From Gammaproteobacteria bacterium (GTDB lineage Bacteria > Pseudomonadota > Gammaproteobacteria > Steroidobacterales > GCA-2729495): DNA of 64,000 bases. The notes beneath the pieces are model-generated. The model worked only from the letters and a program-made list of their open reading frames with translations, searched no databases and had not been told where the DNA came from. The position numbers and the translations under genes were made by a program. Positions within the stretch are counted from its first letter, which is position 1. Every line of letters begins with the position of its first letter. Where the stretch lies: assembly GCA_041396045.1 (NCBI GenBank), contig JAWKZI010000010.1:36221-100220 (forward strand), given 5' to 3'. This document shows positions 18,007 through 27,532 of this stretch, piece after piece.

Positions 18007-18450
18007 ATGTTTGGCAAGAAAAACCGCATGGCCATCCAGGTAACCAAGTTGTCCAGCCTGGTTGCGCACAACATGAGCGTAAAAGGCGACGTCGGTTTCG
18101 AAGGCGGGCTGCGGGTCGATGGCCGGATCGAAGGCAATGTTTGCAGCAACAACGAGGCCCACAGTCTGCTGGTACTCAGCAACAAGGGGACCATCACTGG
18201 CCGTGTGAAAGTCTACGACGCCGTCATAGATGGCCACGTGCAAGGCGACCTTGAGGTAGAGCATTTCCTGGAACTGCAGGCCAATGCCCGCATCTCCGGC
18301 AATATCACTTACCGGCAGCTCAAGCTCGATTGCGGCGCAACCGTCGACGGCCAGTTGCTGCGCGTACCTTCAACCTCAGCCGAGGATACCGATCCAGAGG
18401 ATCAGCACGACGAAAAAGTGGTCGCGCTGATCGGCGCATCCCGAGCCTGA
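18007..18450 (+). CDS. bactofilin (polymer-forming cytoskeletal protein, DUF583)
   Basis: 147 aa. Repetitive beta-helix pattern VKGDVGFEGGLRVDGRIEGNV...GRVKVYDAVIDGHVQGDLEV...ISGNITYRQLKLDCGATVDGQL. Confidence 0.9.
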   Translation: MFGKKNRMAIQVTKLSSLVAHNMSVKGDVGFEGGLRVDGRIEGNVCSNNEAHSLLVLSNKGTITGRVKVYDAVIDGHVQGDLEVEHFLELQANARISGNITYRQLKLDCGATVDGQLLRVPSTSAEDTDPEDQHDEKVVALIGASRA

Positions 18451-18452
18451 CC

Positions 18453-18486
18453 CGCAGTAGTGACTTCAACTGAAGCCGCTACTGCG
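18453..18486. terminator. hairpin between convergent genes
   Basis: CGCAGTAG (18453-18460) pairs with CTACTGCG (18479-18486). An inner CTTCA/TGAAG pairing sits in the loop. Confidence 0.45.
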
Positions 18487-18931
18487 AATGCTCCTGCGGG
18501 TCGTCACTGATCGTTGGCACGAAGCGACCGGTTCTGATCCGCCAGAGTTGCACGGCAACCATCGCGGCCGCCACAACGATGCCCGTATAAAGAGCCAGCC
18601 AGCCATGTGTTGGCAACATTGAAGCTCGTGTCCCGAACAGCAACAAACTCAACGCAATCCACGCGAACATCGGAAACAGGGAACAGAAGCCTGCGGCTAC
18701 TGCCAGCGCGCAGGAGATCAGCAATCCAACCGTGATACCCCAGGCGCCGAACACTGAAAGGCCCGGAGCTGCAGATCCGCTTGCCGGGTCGACAACCGGA
18801 ATAATGACCGGCGCCGTCGCCATGCGGAAGTAGAGGCCGCAGAGCAGCAGCAGCAGTAATGCGGGAATCGCCGGCTGAGGGCGAAAGTTTGCGGTAACCG
18901 TCTCCAGAAGGTTGGCCGGTGCTCTGGTCAT
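18479..18931 (-). CDS. integral membrane protein, unknown function
   Basis: About 4 hydrophobic helices. Start trimmed to MTRAPANLL (18931) to leave room for the sodB promoter. No family recognised. Confidence 0.45.
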   Translation of the reverse strand: MTRAPANLLETVTANFRPQPAIPALLLLLLCGLYFRMATAPVIIPVVDPASGSAAPGLSVFGAWGITVGLLISCALAVAAGFCSLFPMFAWIALSLLLFGTRASMLPTHGWLALYTGIVVAAAMVAVQLWRIRTGRFVPTISDDPQEHSQ

Positions 18932-19073
18932 TGTCTGTCTCTCGCGCAGCATCCAGCAAAGATTGTAGGATGTCTGTACCTGCACGAAGCGATATTGGCT
19001 GCTTCGCAGGCCGGTGCTGCGCCAATAGTCTGCAGCCACCGATGTATTCTGCAACAACCAAGGAGGCGCCCGA

Positions 19074-19670
19074 ATGATTACCCTGCCCGCTCTGCCCTAC
19101 GCGGATAATGCGCTCGCCCCGCATATTTCGGCTGAGACCATTTCGTTCCACTACGGCAAGCACCACAAAGCCTATGTAGACAAGACCAATGACCTCATCA
19201 AAGGCACGCCGCTTGCCGATGCCTCACTGGAGGAGATCATCAAGGCAGCGGCTGGCAAACCCGACAAACAGGGCCTGTTCAACAACGCCGCACAGGTCTG
19301 GAATCACAGCTTCTATTGGCAAAGCCTCGCGCCCAAGGGCGGCGGTGAGCCCACTGGAGCCCTCCTCGACCGGATCAAGACTGATTTCGGTGATGTCGCC
19401 ACCTTCCGGGACAAGCTCGCCGGCGCGGCTGCCGGTCAGTTTGGCAGCGGCTGGGCCTGGGTCGTGCTGGCCAATGGCAAACTTCAGATTGAAACCACCA
19501 GCAATGCGGTTACGCCACTGACCGACGCCGGCAAAACGCCCTTGCTGACGATTGACGTCTGGGAACATGCGTACTACGTGGACTATCGTAACAAGCGGCC
19601 GGACTATCTCAGTGCGGTCCTCGGCAAGCTGCTCAACTGGGAATTTGCCAGCAAGAACCTGGGCAAGTAA
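19074..19670 (+). CDS. sodB: superoxide dismutase [Fe]
   Basis: LPALPYADNALAPHISAETISFHYGKHH, AAQVWNHSFYW and DVWEHAYYVDYRNKRPDY. AAGGAGG RBS upstream. Confidence 0.95.
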   Translation: MITLPALPYADNALAPHISAETISFHYGKHHKAYVDKTNDLIKGTPLADASLEEIIKAAAGKPDKQGLFNNAAQVWNHSFYWQSLAPKGGGEPTGALLDRIKTDFGDVATFRDKLAGAAAGQFGSGWAWVVLANGKLQIETTSNAVTPLTDAGKTPLLTIDVWEHAYYVDYRNKRPDYLSAVLGKLLNWEFASKNLGK

Positions 19671-19716
19671 TTCTTCAGCCGCGATTCACGCGGTCACAAG
19701 AATATGCGAGGTCACC

Positions 19717-19760
19717 GACTTCGGCAGCAAACGACAATTTTGCCAGATGCTGCCGAAGTC
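19717..19760. terminator. 12-bp-stem hairpin between convergent sodB and the SDR gene
   Basis: GACTTCGGCAGC (19717-19728) pairs with GCTGCCGAAGTC (19749-19760), with a 20-nt loop and no clear U-tract. Confidence 0.5.
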
Positions 19761-19804
19761 AAACCCCGATTCAGGCCAGGGCACCGTCGCAACTTCAGCC
19801 ACTC

Positions 19805-20569
19805 TTACAGGCCGGCGAGCAGACCTCCGTCGATGCGCAAGGTTTCGCCGGTAACAAATGATGCCTGCGGTGAACACAGCCAGACCACGGCCTGGGCCAC
19901 CTCCTCCACGCTACCGATACGACCCATCGGGTGCATGCCGCTGATCTGCTTGCTGGCCTCCCGATCCTGGTAGTACATGCGGCGCGACATGTCAGTGGTG
20001 ACGACGCCCGGGCACACAGCATTGATCCGGATACCGGCTTTGGCGTAGTCCAGTGCCGCGGTCTTGGTCAGGCCAATGACGCCATGCTTGCTGGCATGGT
20101 AAGCCGCGCCAATAACACCACCCACCAGTCCAGCGACCGACGACATGTTGACAATGGCTCCGCCACCGCGGGCCAACATGGCCGGTATTTCATATTTCAT
20201 CGTCAGAAATGTGCCGGTGAGATTGACGTCGATGACTTCCCTGAAGGTATCTTCCGGAACATCGGCTGTCTTTACGAAAGCGGTTCCTTCGATACCGGCA
20301 TTGTTGAAGGCGTAATCCAGTCCACCGAATACTTCAATGCAAGTACTCACCACTGCCTGAACTTCTTTCGCATGACGCACATCGGCCGGCACGAAAATAC
20401 ACTGACCGCCGGCCGCTTCGACGAGCTGCACCGTCTCCTCGCCTTCCTGGCGTCGACGGGCTGTTATCACCACCTGACTGCCTGCGGCAGCAAAGGCCAG
20501 TGCAGCGGCGCGGCCAATTCCGGAGCTGCCACCTGTAATCAATGCAACGGTCGATCCGGACGCAGCCAT
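19805..20569 (-). CDS. SDR-family short-chain dehydrogenase/reductase
   Basis: VALITGGSSGIGRAAAL (TGxxxGxG), NNAG and YHASKHG (YxxxK). Start trimmed to MAASGST at 20569. Confidence 0.85.
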   Translation of the reverse strand: MAASGSTVALITGGSSGIGRAAALAFAAAGSQVVITARRRQEGEETVQLVEAAGGQCIFVPADVRHAKEVQAVVSTCIEVFGGLDYAFNNAGIEGTAFVKTADVPEDTFREVIDVNLTGTFLTMKYEIPAMLARGGGAIVNMSSVAGLVGGVIGAAYHASKHGVIGLTKTAALDYAKAGIRINAVCPGVVTTDMSRRMYYQDREASKQISGMHPMGRIGSVEEVAQAVVWLCSPQASFVTGETLRIDGGLLAGL

Positions 20570-20592
20570 GGATGGCTCCCTGTTTGTGCTGG

Positions 20593-21792
20593 CTATGTGT
20601 GACGGTCGGGTCGCGGTAACACCAGTGCGCGCCAGTACCCCACCAGGAACAAACCAAAGGCCACCAGCCACGCAGCCGCGGCCACATCAATGAACGTAAA
20701 GTAGGCCACAGGCACCAGCGGACTCAGAATCCGGACCAGGACACCGATATTGAAAACGATATAAGCCACAACTGTCAGCCTGCCTGCCTTGAGCGGTCGG
20801 CCGGTATGCCCCAGGGCAACACGCGTGGTTACAGCCAGAATCATGCCGCCGACCCCGCCCATAGTCAGTGCGTGCAGGGCTGCCGACCGGGGCAGCGACA
20901 AACCCAGGTCGCCCAGACTCAGCAGCAGGTAACCAATCGGCAGCCAGGCGTATGCAACATGGAGGATTGTCACCAGCGGCTCGGCGCCTGTTGCCAGACC
21001 CTGCCAGCCAGACAACCGGACCATGTGCAGTAGTGCAGCAGCCAGTGCGAACGTACCGACAATGATCGACAGCGTCCGGGGCTGCATGCCGCTGGCCGCT
21101 CCAAAGGTGTCAATGATGCCGGTCAGAATGACGACAGGAACAATCAGCTTTTCCACCCACGGAATTGACCGTGGCAGGTTTTGCCGGCCACGCCCGCGTA
21201 GCCAGTTGCCCGTGAAGGCCGGGATGATGCGCCCACCGATTACCGTAATCAGAAGCAGAAAGAGATGTGTCGTCAGGTACAAAGCAGGCAGCGTCGCGCC
21301 CGGCCACACACCGATGCGACCCAGGTGAAACGCTACGTCGAGTCCGGCAAATACCAGCAGCACGCCGACCAACCCCAGGTTGCGCCGGCTACCGCCACCG
21401 ATGATTTCCCGGGCGGCAAACGTCGCCAGCAAGGCCGGAAACAGCATATCCCCGCCCATCACCACCAGGCCAGGCAAGTCGGTACCCAGCAGCATCACCA
21501 GACGACCGGCCAGCCACGTCGCTACCAGTAGCCCCAGTTCAAACCCGGCGATCGGACGCCGCCCGGTCCACGTCGCCACGGCTGTCAGCAGGAAGCCAGC
21601 CACGGCAGCGCCACCGAAACCGAACAGCATTTCATGGGCGTGCCAGGCCAGCGGATCCGTCGGCGCGCTCTCCCAGCCCATACCCCGCAGAATCAGCACC
21701 CAGACCAATATCGCCACCATGGAAAAAGCGGCGGCCAGCAGGAAGAAGGGTCGGAAGGGATAGCTCAGAAATGCCGGGGGCGCACCCTGCAT
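20593..21792 (-). CDS. nnrS: NnrS-family heme/copper membrane protein
   Basis: 399 aa, about 12 TM helices. N-terminus FLSYPFRPFFLLAAAF...WHAHEMLFGFGGAAVAGFLLTAVATWTGR is typical of NnrS. Confidence 0.8.
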   Translation of the reverse strand: MQGAPPAFLSYPFRPFFLLAAAFSMVAILVWVLILRGMGWESAPTDPLAWHAHEMLFGFGGAAVAGFLLTAVATWTGRRPIAGFELGLLVATWLAGRLVMLLGTDLPGLVVMGGDMLFPALLATFAAREIIGGGSRRNLGLVGVLLVFAGLDVAFHLGRIGVWPGATLPALYLTTHLFLLLITVIGGRIIPAFTGNWLRGRGRQNLPRSIPWVEKLIVPVVILTGIIDTFGAASGMQPRTLSIIVGTFALAAALLHMVRLSGWQGLATGAEPLVTILHVAYAWLPIGYLLLSLGDLGLSLPRSAALHALTMGGVGGMILAVTTRVALGHTGRPLKAGRLTVVAYIVFNIGVLVRILSPLVPVAYFTFIDVAAAAWLVAFGLFLVGYWRALVLPRPDRHT

Positions 21793-22379
21793 CAGTTACC
21801 TCCGCCCGCAAAACCTTTGATCCCGCTGGCGGCGAAACCCTTTGAGGTGGCCATACGCTCCACCCAGGCGGCTACAGCGGGGGTAGATGAGTAGTCCAGT
21901 TTGCGGCCCAGCTTGGTCATCAGATATGCCGAGACAGCAAAATCTGCCACGCTGAGCTTGCCAAGCAGGTAATCCTTTCCCTTGATCTGCTGCTCAAGAA
22001 TCTGCAACAGGGGTATGACACTTGCCAGATCCTTTTCGTCGGCCACCTTCAGCGCGCCCATTGCAGGCATCAGATGACAGCTCTGCCAGTGCAGCCAGCG
22101 GTCAACGTCGGCGCGGCCGCGGGCATCCGTCGGCAAAGTATCTGTTTCGGGAAACTTTGTTGCGAGATAAGTCAGAATCGCATTGGACTCCCAGAGCTTG
22201 AAATCCCCGTCGGTCAACGCCGGCACCTTGCCCATCGGATTGATCGCGCGATAGGCAGCGGTTTTGGTCTCCTCGTCCTTGAAGCTGACGTGGTGCACGT
22301 CCACCGGCAGATCGAAGTGGAGGACGAACGCCTCGACTTTGCGGTTGTTCGGGGTGACCGTAAACGTGTAAAGGCGCAT
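21792..22379 (-). CDS. glutathione S-transferase
   Basis: INPMGKVPALTDGDFKLWESNAILTYL (GSH-binding motif). Start trimmed to MRLYTF at 22379. The stop shares one base (21792) with the nnrS start codon. Confidence 0.85.
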   Translation of the reverse strand: MRLYTFTVTPNNRKVEAFVLHFDLPVDVHHVSFKDEETKTAAYRAINPMGKVPALTDGDFKLWESNAILTYLATKFPETDTLPTDARGRADVDRWLHWQSCHLMPAMGALKVADEKDLASVIPLLQILEQQIKGKDYLLGKLSVADFAVSAYLMTKLGRKLDYSSTPAVAAWVERMATSKGFAASGIKGFAGGGN

Positions 22380-22444
22380 CGCGAAGACTCCCTGGGTTGC
22401 CTGACTGTAATAGTCTTCCAATCATACGTGCTAGGGTGCGCCCG

Positions 22445-24097
22445 ATGGAAATAGCCGACCCGGGACTGACGATTGCCATCGCCCTGCTGGCGGGTCTCCT
22501 GGCGCAGACTGCCGCACATCATCTGCGCCTGCCGGGGATCGTTTTGCTGCTGGCCACCGGTGCCCTCCTGGGTCCGGATGTGCTGCGTGTCGTCAATCCG
22601 GACAGCGTTCGACCCGCACTGCCGTACCTCGTTTCGTTTGCCGTTGCCGTAATTCTTTTTGAGGGCGGCATGAACCTGGAGATCCGCCGGTTACGACGGG
22701 CATCCAGTGTCATCCGGCGACTGGTCACAGTGGGTTCTGTTGTCACGCTGGCTGGCGCAACACTGGCCGCTCACCTGGCACTGGGCTGGGCGTGGCAATT
22801 GTCGTTTCTTTTTGGCGTGCTGGTGATTGTCACCGGACCCACCGTTGTCAGTCCCCTGGTACGCCGGATCCGGCTGCAGAAACACCTGCGAACTGTACTG
22901 GAAGGCGAAGGCGTACTGATCGACCCGATCGGTGCAATATTCGCGGTGGTCATACTGGATGTGCTGCTACATCCGTCGCTGGCATCTGCTGTCAGTGGTT
23001 TTCTGGAAATCGCCGCTGGCCTGGGACTGGGCGCATTGTTCGGCTTCGCGGCAGGCCATTTGCTTGCCACGGTGCTGCGCTGGCGCGGTCTGATTCCCGA
23101 GTCTCTGGAGAACGTGTTCGTACTGTCGGCAGTCCTGGCGCTTTTTTACGCCAGCAACGAACTGGTGGCAGAAAGCGGGCTGGCGGCAGTCGCGGTTGCC
23201 GGAATTGTCGTTGGCAACGTCCACAAGCTGGTACAGCGCGATCTGGCCGAGTTCAAGGAACAGCTCACCATGCTCTTCATCGGCATGTTGTTTGTACTTC
23301 TGGCAGCCGATATCCGCTTCGTGGAACTTGAGGCACTTGGTATTGGCGGCCTGATCACCGTTGCCGCATTGATCCTGATAGTCAGACCGGTCGGCGTGGC
23401 CATCTGCGCGGCCGGCTCGAACCTCAAGTTCAAGGAACAGGTGTTCATGGCGTGGATGGCCCCGCGTGGTGTCGTCGCCGCTGCAGTGGCCTCCTTCTTT
23501 GCGTTGCGGATGGACGCTGCCGGATTTGTCGGCGGATCAGCCCTGCAGGCGATGGTATTTCTCGTCATCGCCATAACAGTCACGGTCGATGGACTGACCG
23601 GCGGCATCGTGGGGACCTTGCTTGGTGTGCGGCTGCCACGGCCTCAGGGCTGGTTGATTGTCGGTGCCGGGCCTCTCGGACGGATGCTGGGCCGCACACT
23701 GCGTGACGCGGGACAGCCGGTAACCTTTCTGGACTCCGGCACCAGTGAATGTCACGACGCCGAAGAGGAAGACTTCCCGGTGATATTCGGCAACGCGCTC
23801 GAGGAAAGTACGCTGTTGCGGGCCGACCCCGAACGCTTCATCGGCTGCATCGCCGTCACGCCAAACGAGGAGATCAATTTCCTCGTGGCTTCCAGGGTAC
23901 ACGAGGGATTTGACCTCGCCGAGGTCTGGGCAGCGATTCAGGCACGCAACGGCAACCTGACCAGGGACATGATTCACAGCATCGATGCGTCGCTGCTGTT
24001 TGCCGGCCAGAAAGCATCCGGCGGACTGGGACGCCAAGGTGCGCAAAGGCGGCGTGGCGGTGGAATGCTGGGAATACCGCCAGCGGCACACTATTGA
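22445..24097 (+). CDS. CPA1-family cation:proton antiporter with cytoplasmic C-terminal domain; C-terminus frame-shifted near 24011
   Basis: About 12 TM helices (MEIADPGLTIAIALLAGLLAQ...). After ...IDASLLFAGQ the family-like sequence continues in another frame (ADWDAKVRKGGVAVECWEYRQ...FLLVESRRSDAEAWLGEQGWRLV) up to 24365. Confidence 0.8.
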   Translation: MEIADPGLTIAIALLAGLLAQTAAHHLRLPGIVLLLATGALLGPDVLRVVNPDSVRPALPYLVSFAVAVILFEGGMNLEIRRLRRASSVIRRLVTVGSVVTLAGATLAAHLALGWAWQLSFLFGVLVIVTGPTVVSPLVRRIRLQKHLRTVLEGEGVLIDPIGAIFAVVILDVLLHPSLASAVSGFLEIAAGLGLGALFGFAAGHLLATVLRWRGLIPESLENVFVLSAVLALFYASNELVAESGLAAVAVAGIVVGNVHKLVQRDLAEFKEQLTMLFIGMLFVLLAADIRFVELEALGIGGLITVAALILIVRPVGVAICAAGSNLKFKEQVFMAWMAPRGVVAAAVASFFALRMDAAGFVGGSALQAMVFLVIAITVTVDGLTGGIVGTLLGVRLPRPQGWLIVGAGPLGRMLGRTLRDAGQPVTFLDSGTSECHDAEEEDFPVIFGNALEESTLLRADPERFIGCIAVTPNEEINFLVASRVHEGFDLAEVWAAIQARNGNLTRDMIHSIDASLLFAGQKASGGLGRQGAQRRRGGGMLGIPPAAHY

Positions 24098-24486
24098 TGT
24101 CGCCAGCGACGGGCTGGTGCCAACGAAACTCCGCTCATCGCTGCTGCCGCTATTGCATCACCGCGGCCGGGGCGCGCGGCGCGTGACGCCGGTCGGTGAA
24201 AGCACGCGGATTCGCAAGCGGCAGCGAATTACCTTCTTGCTGGTGGAGTCGCGACGCAGTGATGCGGAGGCCTGGCTTGGCGAACAGGGTTGGCGACTGG
24301 TCGCTCCAATCGCCGCCCGGACGCCGCCCCCGGCAGAACCGACGGAAGCCGAGGTCATTTCCTGATTGTCGGTGTGCGATAGCGCTGGAAGGTCACAACC
24401 TGGAAGAGCGTCATGGCATGCCTATATCCGATCTGGTCAAATGAGCCGGAAGTGTGCAGCAGCGTATGGCATCAGGAGACAACACA

Positions 24487-25614
24487 ATGACCGAATGGCT
24501 TGACCCGGCATTCGACTGGGTTGGGCATTTCAGCCCGAGTCCGTATGTGCGGGCGCTCACTGCCATCGTTCTTTTTCTGCTGCTCGCGAAGCTGGTTGAC
24601 ACCCTGGTCGTTGCAGCCATGGGCCGGCTGCTCCGACGTTGGGTCGGCTCCAGGCGAGCGGAAGCGGTAGACATCGGTCACCGAACGATTTTCCGTACCG
24701 TTGTGCTGATCGGCCTCATGATCGCGACCACGCTGGCAGGCCTGTCGCCACGTATTGAATCGATCACCCTGTCGATCATCGATACGATACTGATCCTGCT
24801 CTGGATCGTGGCTGCGGTTCGGGGCTCCGCGCTGACCCTGGATGCGCTGAGCCAACGCCCCTCCCCACCGGCGTGGGCTAGACCAACCACGGCACCACTG
24901 CTCAACAACATGTTGCGCGTGGTGCTGGCACTGGCGGCCGTGTACGCCATCCTGCTGGCCTGGAATGTCAACGTCACAGGCCTGGTGGCATCGGCCGGTA
25001 TTCTCGGCCTGGCCTTGTCATTTGCAGCACAAGATACGCTGGGCAACCTGTTTGCCGGTGTCGCGATACTGACGGACCAGCCGTATCGTATCGGCGACTA
25101 CATCGTTCTGGATTCCGGAGAACGCGGCCAGGTTACCCATGTGGGTCTGCGCAGTACGCGCATCCTTACGCGCGACGATGAAGAAATCAGCATCCCCAAC
25201 GGCATCATTGGCAAGGCCAAAATCATCAATGAATCCGGCGGCCCTCATGTCGCGTATCGCTTGCGCGTCGCGATACGCGTCGCGTATGGCGTTGACATCG
25301 ACAAGGTCATGGAACTCCTGGATGCACGGCTGCCGAACATCCCAGCATTCGTGAAGCACCGAACGGGTACGTTTCCTTGGCGAATCCGCCCTGGAATTCG
25401 AGTTGCTGGTCTGGATTGGTATCGTCATCCCGCGCTGCGTGGACTGGCACTTTCGCACGAACTGAATTGCGAGATCTATCGCCTCGATCGGGAAGGCATC
25501 AGGATTCCGTACCCGCAACGCGACCTGCATATCCGGGACTGGCAAGGATCCGGCACCGAGCCCGCTCGGTCTCGCCTGATAGCCGGGCATTCGGTCGGCG
25601 GCATTGACCTGTAA
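24487..25614 (+). CDS. MscS-family mechanosensitive channel (contains a compensated double frameshift at about 25355-25420)
   Basis: LSFAAQDTLGNLFAGVAILTDQPYRIGDYIVL..GQVTHVGLRSTRILT is the MscS core. AGGAGA RBS before the ATG at 24487. See finding. Confidence 0.85.
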   Translation: MTEWLDPAFDWVGHFSPSPYVRALTAIVLFLLLAKLVDTLVVAAMGRLLRRWVGSRRAEAVDIGHRTIFRTVVLIGLMIATTLAGLSPRIESITLSIIDTILILLWIVAAVRGSALTLDALSQRPSPPAWARPTTAPLLNNMLRVVLALAAVYAILLAWNVNVTGLVASAGILGLALSFAAQDTLGNLFAGVAILTDQPYRIGDYIVLDSGERGQVTHVGLRSTRILTRDDEEISIPNGIIGKAKIINESGGPHVAYRLRVAIRVAYGVDIDKVMELLDARLPNIPAFVKHRTGTFPWRIRPGIRVAGLDWYRHPALRGLALSHELNCEIYRLDREGIRIPYPQRDLHIRDWQGSGTEPARSRLIAGHSVGGIDL

Positions 25615-25713
25615 CCGGAGCCGGAGCTCTCGGCCGCCTGGCTGGCGGACCGAGTGGCTGGCCAAAGGCCTCCGGCCCGGTTACCGCTACCAAATGAGCG
25701 GCTTAATGTCCGG

Positions 25714-27483
25714 CTATCGGGCGGGGCCTAGCGGCAGGATTCGGAATGATGGCGGGTTGTAGTCTTTCGGAAGATGGTCTGCCGGGATGGTGGACGGGTT
25801 ACCGTCGCGAGCAGCGATGTAGTTTGGCGACATGATCTCGACGCCGGCCTGATTGAACTCGTCCTGGATACTTTGATGCAGTGCCGAGTAGATCGTCGCC
25901 ATGCGGTTTGGTGCATCCGTATAGGCGTTCAGTTCGTAGCTCACATTGAAGTCGTTGAGTGCAGTCTGCAAAACAAACGGCGCCGGCTTGGCGACAATGC
26001 CGTCGGTACGGCCAGCGGCTGCAATCAGCAGTTCATGCACCCTGGCCCATGGCACGTCGTAGCCGATTGTTACTGTGGTATGCAGAATCAACCCGGCCTG
26101 GTCAGCACAGGCACTGAAGTTGATGATGTGATTGTTGAGCACCATCGCATTGGGAATCGTGACTTCCACATTCTTGATCGTGCGTACACGAACCACCAGC
26201 AGATCCTTGCCGATGATATCGCCGATGGTGTCGGCAATCTTCACACGATCGCCATCGCGAAACGGTCGCATGTAGGTCAGCACGACGCCGGCAACCATAT
26301 TGGCAATTGCCGATGTCGAACCCAGAGAAAACAACAAGCCCAGAAAGAGTGAAATACCCTGAAATGCCGGCGATCCGGACCCGGGCAGATAGGGAAAAAT
26401 AACGACAGCAGCAAAAGCATAGGTCAGAAAGCGCAGGATCTTGAAGCTGGGCATCGCCCATTCCGGATAGAAGCCGGTAATGGTCATCGATCCGCGGCTC
26501 AGCGCAATGAAAAATAGCCGGGCAAAGCGCAGCAGATAGTGCGTGACGAAAAGAATGACCGCGATATAAAAGACGTTTGGCACATACCGGAGCACACCGA
26601 CACCGACCAGTTGGAAGGCGTCGATCAGGGTCTGGCGCAGCATCACGGCCAATTCGGTTGTCCATGGGAAGGCACTTAGTACAGCTTCCAGATAGACAAC
26701 TGTCGCCAGCAGGATCAGTACGACCTGCAGAAAACGAGATAGCTGAACCAGGCCATCGGCAACACTGGCTGCCGGCAACAATTCCGTGCCACGAAACTTC
26801 AGGGCATTGATGTAGCGCAACCCGGCGTCACGGATTGCCGTACGTACGCGCGGGGCCAGCTTGTTGAGGTAGTAGATAAAGCTGATCAACAGCAGTGTCG
26901 CGACGAGCGTAACGACAGCGCCGATGATCAGACCCTTGGCGCTGCGCCCCTGAAACTCGCGCTCAAGTGCTGCGCCGAGCACCACCGTATAGTCCGCGGC
27001 CAGTTGCTGTCGCGTGCGGCCAGTCGGCAGCGCGTCGGCATCAGTAACCGACAGCACGTGCTGCTCACCAGCCAGGATTTCGGTGGATCGCGTGCGCTCT
27101 TCGGTGCGAATGTGGCCAAGAACGGACTCCCCCGCATCCACGACCGCTTCAATGCGGCCGGCAATGGCCGTGGCCCGCGCCCGGGGTGTCAGGCGCCCAA
27201 GTTGTGCCCGTACCTCGAACAGCGGCTCACCACGAAAACGAACGGTTTCTGCGCCTGTCTGGTTTTCTCCCTCGCCGGCCGAAGCAGGCGCGGCCGCGGC
27301 GCCGTCACGTACCGGCTCGAGCGCCTCCGGTTCGCCCGCTGAACCTGTCTGGCTGGGGGGGGAGGACTGGGTCTGGGATTGGGATTGGGCCTGCTGCTGG
27401 CCGCAAGCAACAGGCGGTACCGCCAACAGGGCCAGCGCCACGGCTAACGGCGTGAGTACCCACCGCCTGCAGGGAATCGACAT
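25714..27483 (-). CDS. large MscS-family mechanosensitive channel with periplasmic N-terminal domain
   Basis: Signal peptide MSIPCRRWVLTPLAVALALLAVPPVACG (start trimmed from 27672), and MscS core GSTSAIANMVAGVVLTYMRPFRDGDRVKIADTIGDIIGKDLLVVRVRT. Confidence 0.85.
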   Translation of the reverse strand: MSIPCRRWVLTPLAVALALLAVPPVACGQQQAQSQSQTQSSPPSQTGSAGEPEALEPVRDGAAAAPASAGEGENQTGAETVRFRGEPLFEVRAQLGRLTPRARATAIAGRIEAVVDAGESVLGHIRTEERTRSTEILAGEQHVLSVTDADALPTGRTRQQLAADYTVVLGAALEREFQGRSAKGLIIGAVVTLVATLLLISFIYYLNKLAPRVRTAIRDAGLRYINALKFRGTELLPAASVADGLVQLSRFLQVVLILLATVVYLEAVLSAFPWTTELAVMLRQTLIDAFQLVGVGVLRYVPNVFYIAVILFVTHYLLRFARLFFIALSRGSMTITGFYPEWAMPSFKILRFLTYAFAAVVIFPYLPGSGSPAFQGISLFLGLLFSLGSTSAIANMVAGVVLTYMRPFRDGDRVKIADTIGDIIGKDLLVVRVRTIKNVEVTIPNAMVLNNHIINFSACADQAGLILHTTVTIGYDVPWARVHELLIAAAGRTDGIVAKPAPFVLQTALNDFNVSYELNAYTDAPNRMATIYSALHQSIQDEFNQAGVEIMSPNYIAARDGNPSTIPADHLPKDYNPPSFRILPLGPAR

Positions 27484-27532
27484 CGGGTGGCAGTGTATCA
27501 TCGGCTCGCTTGAACCTGGGGCTATCAGATCA

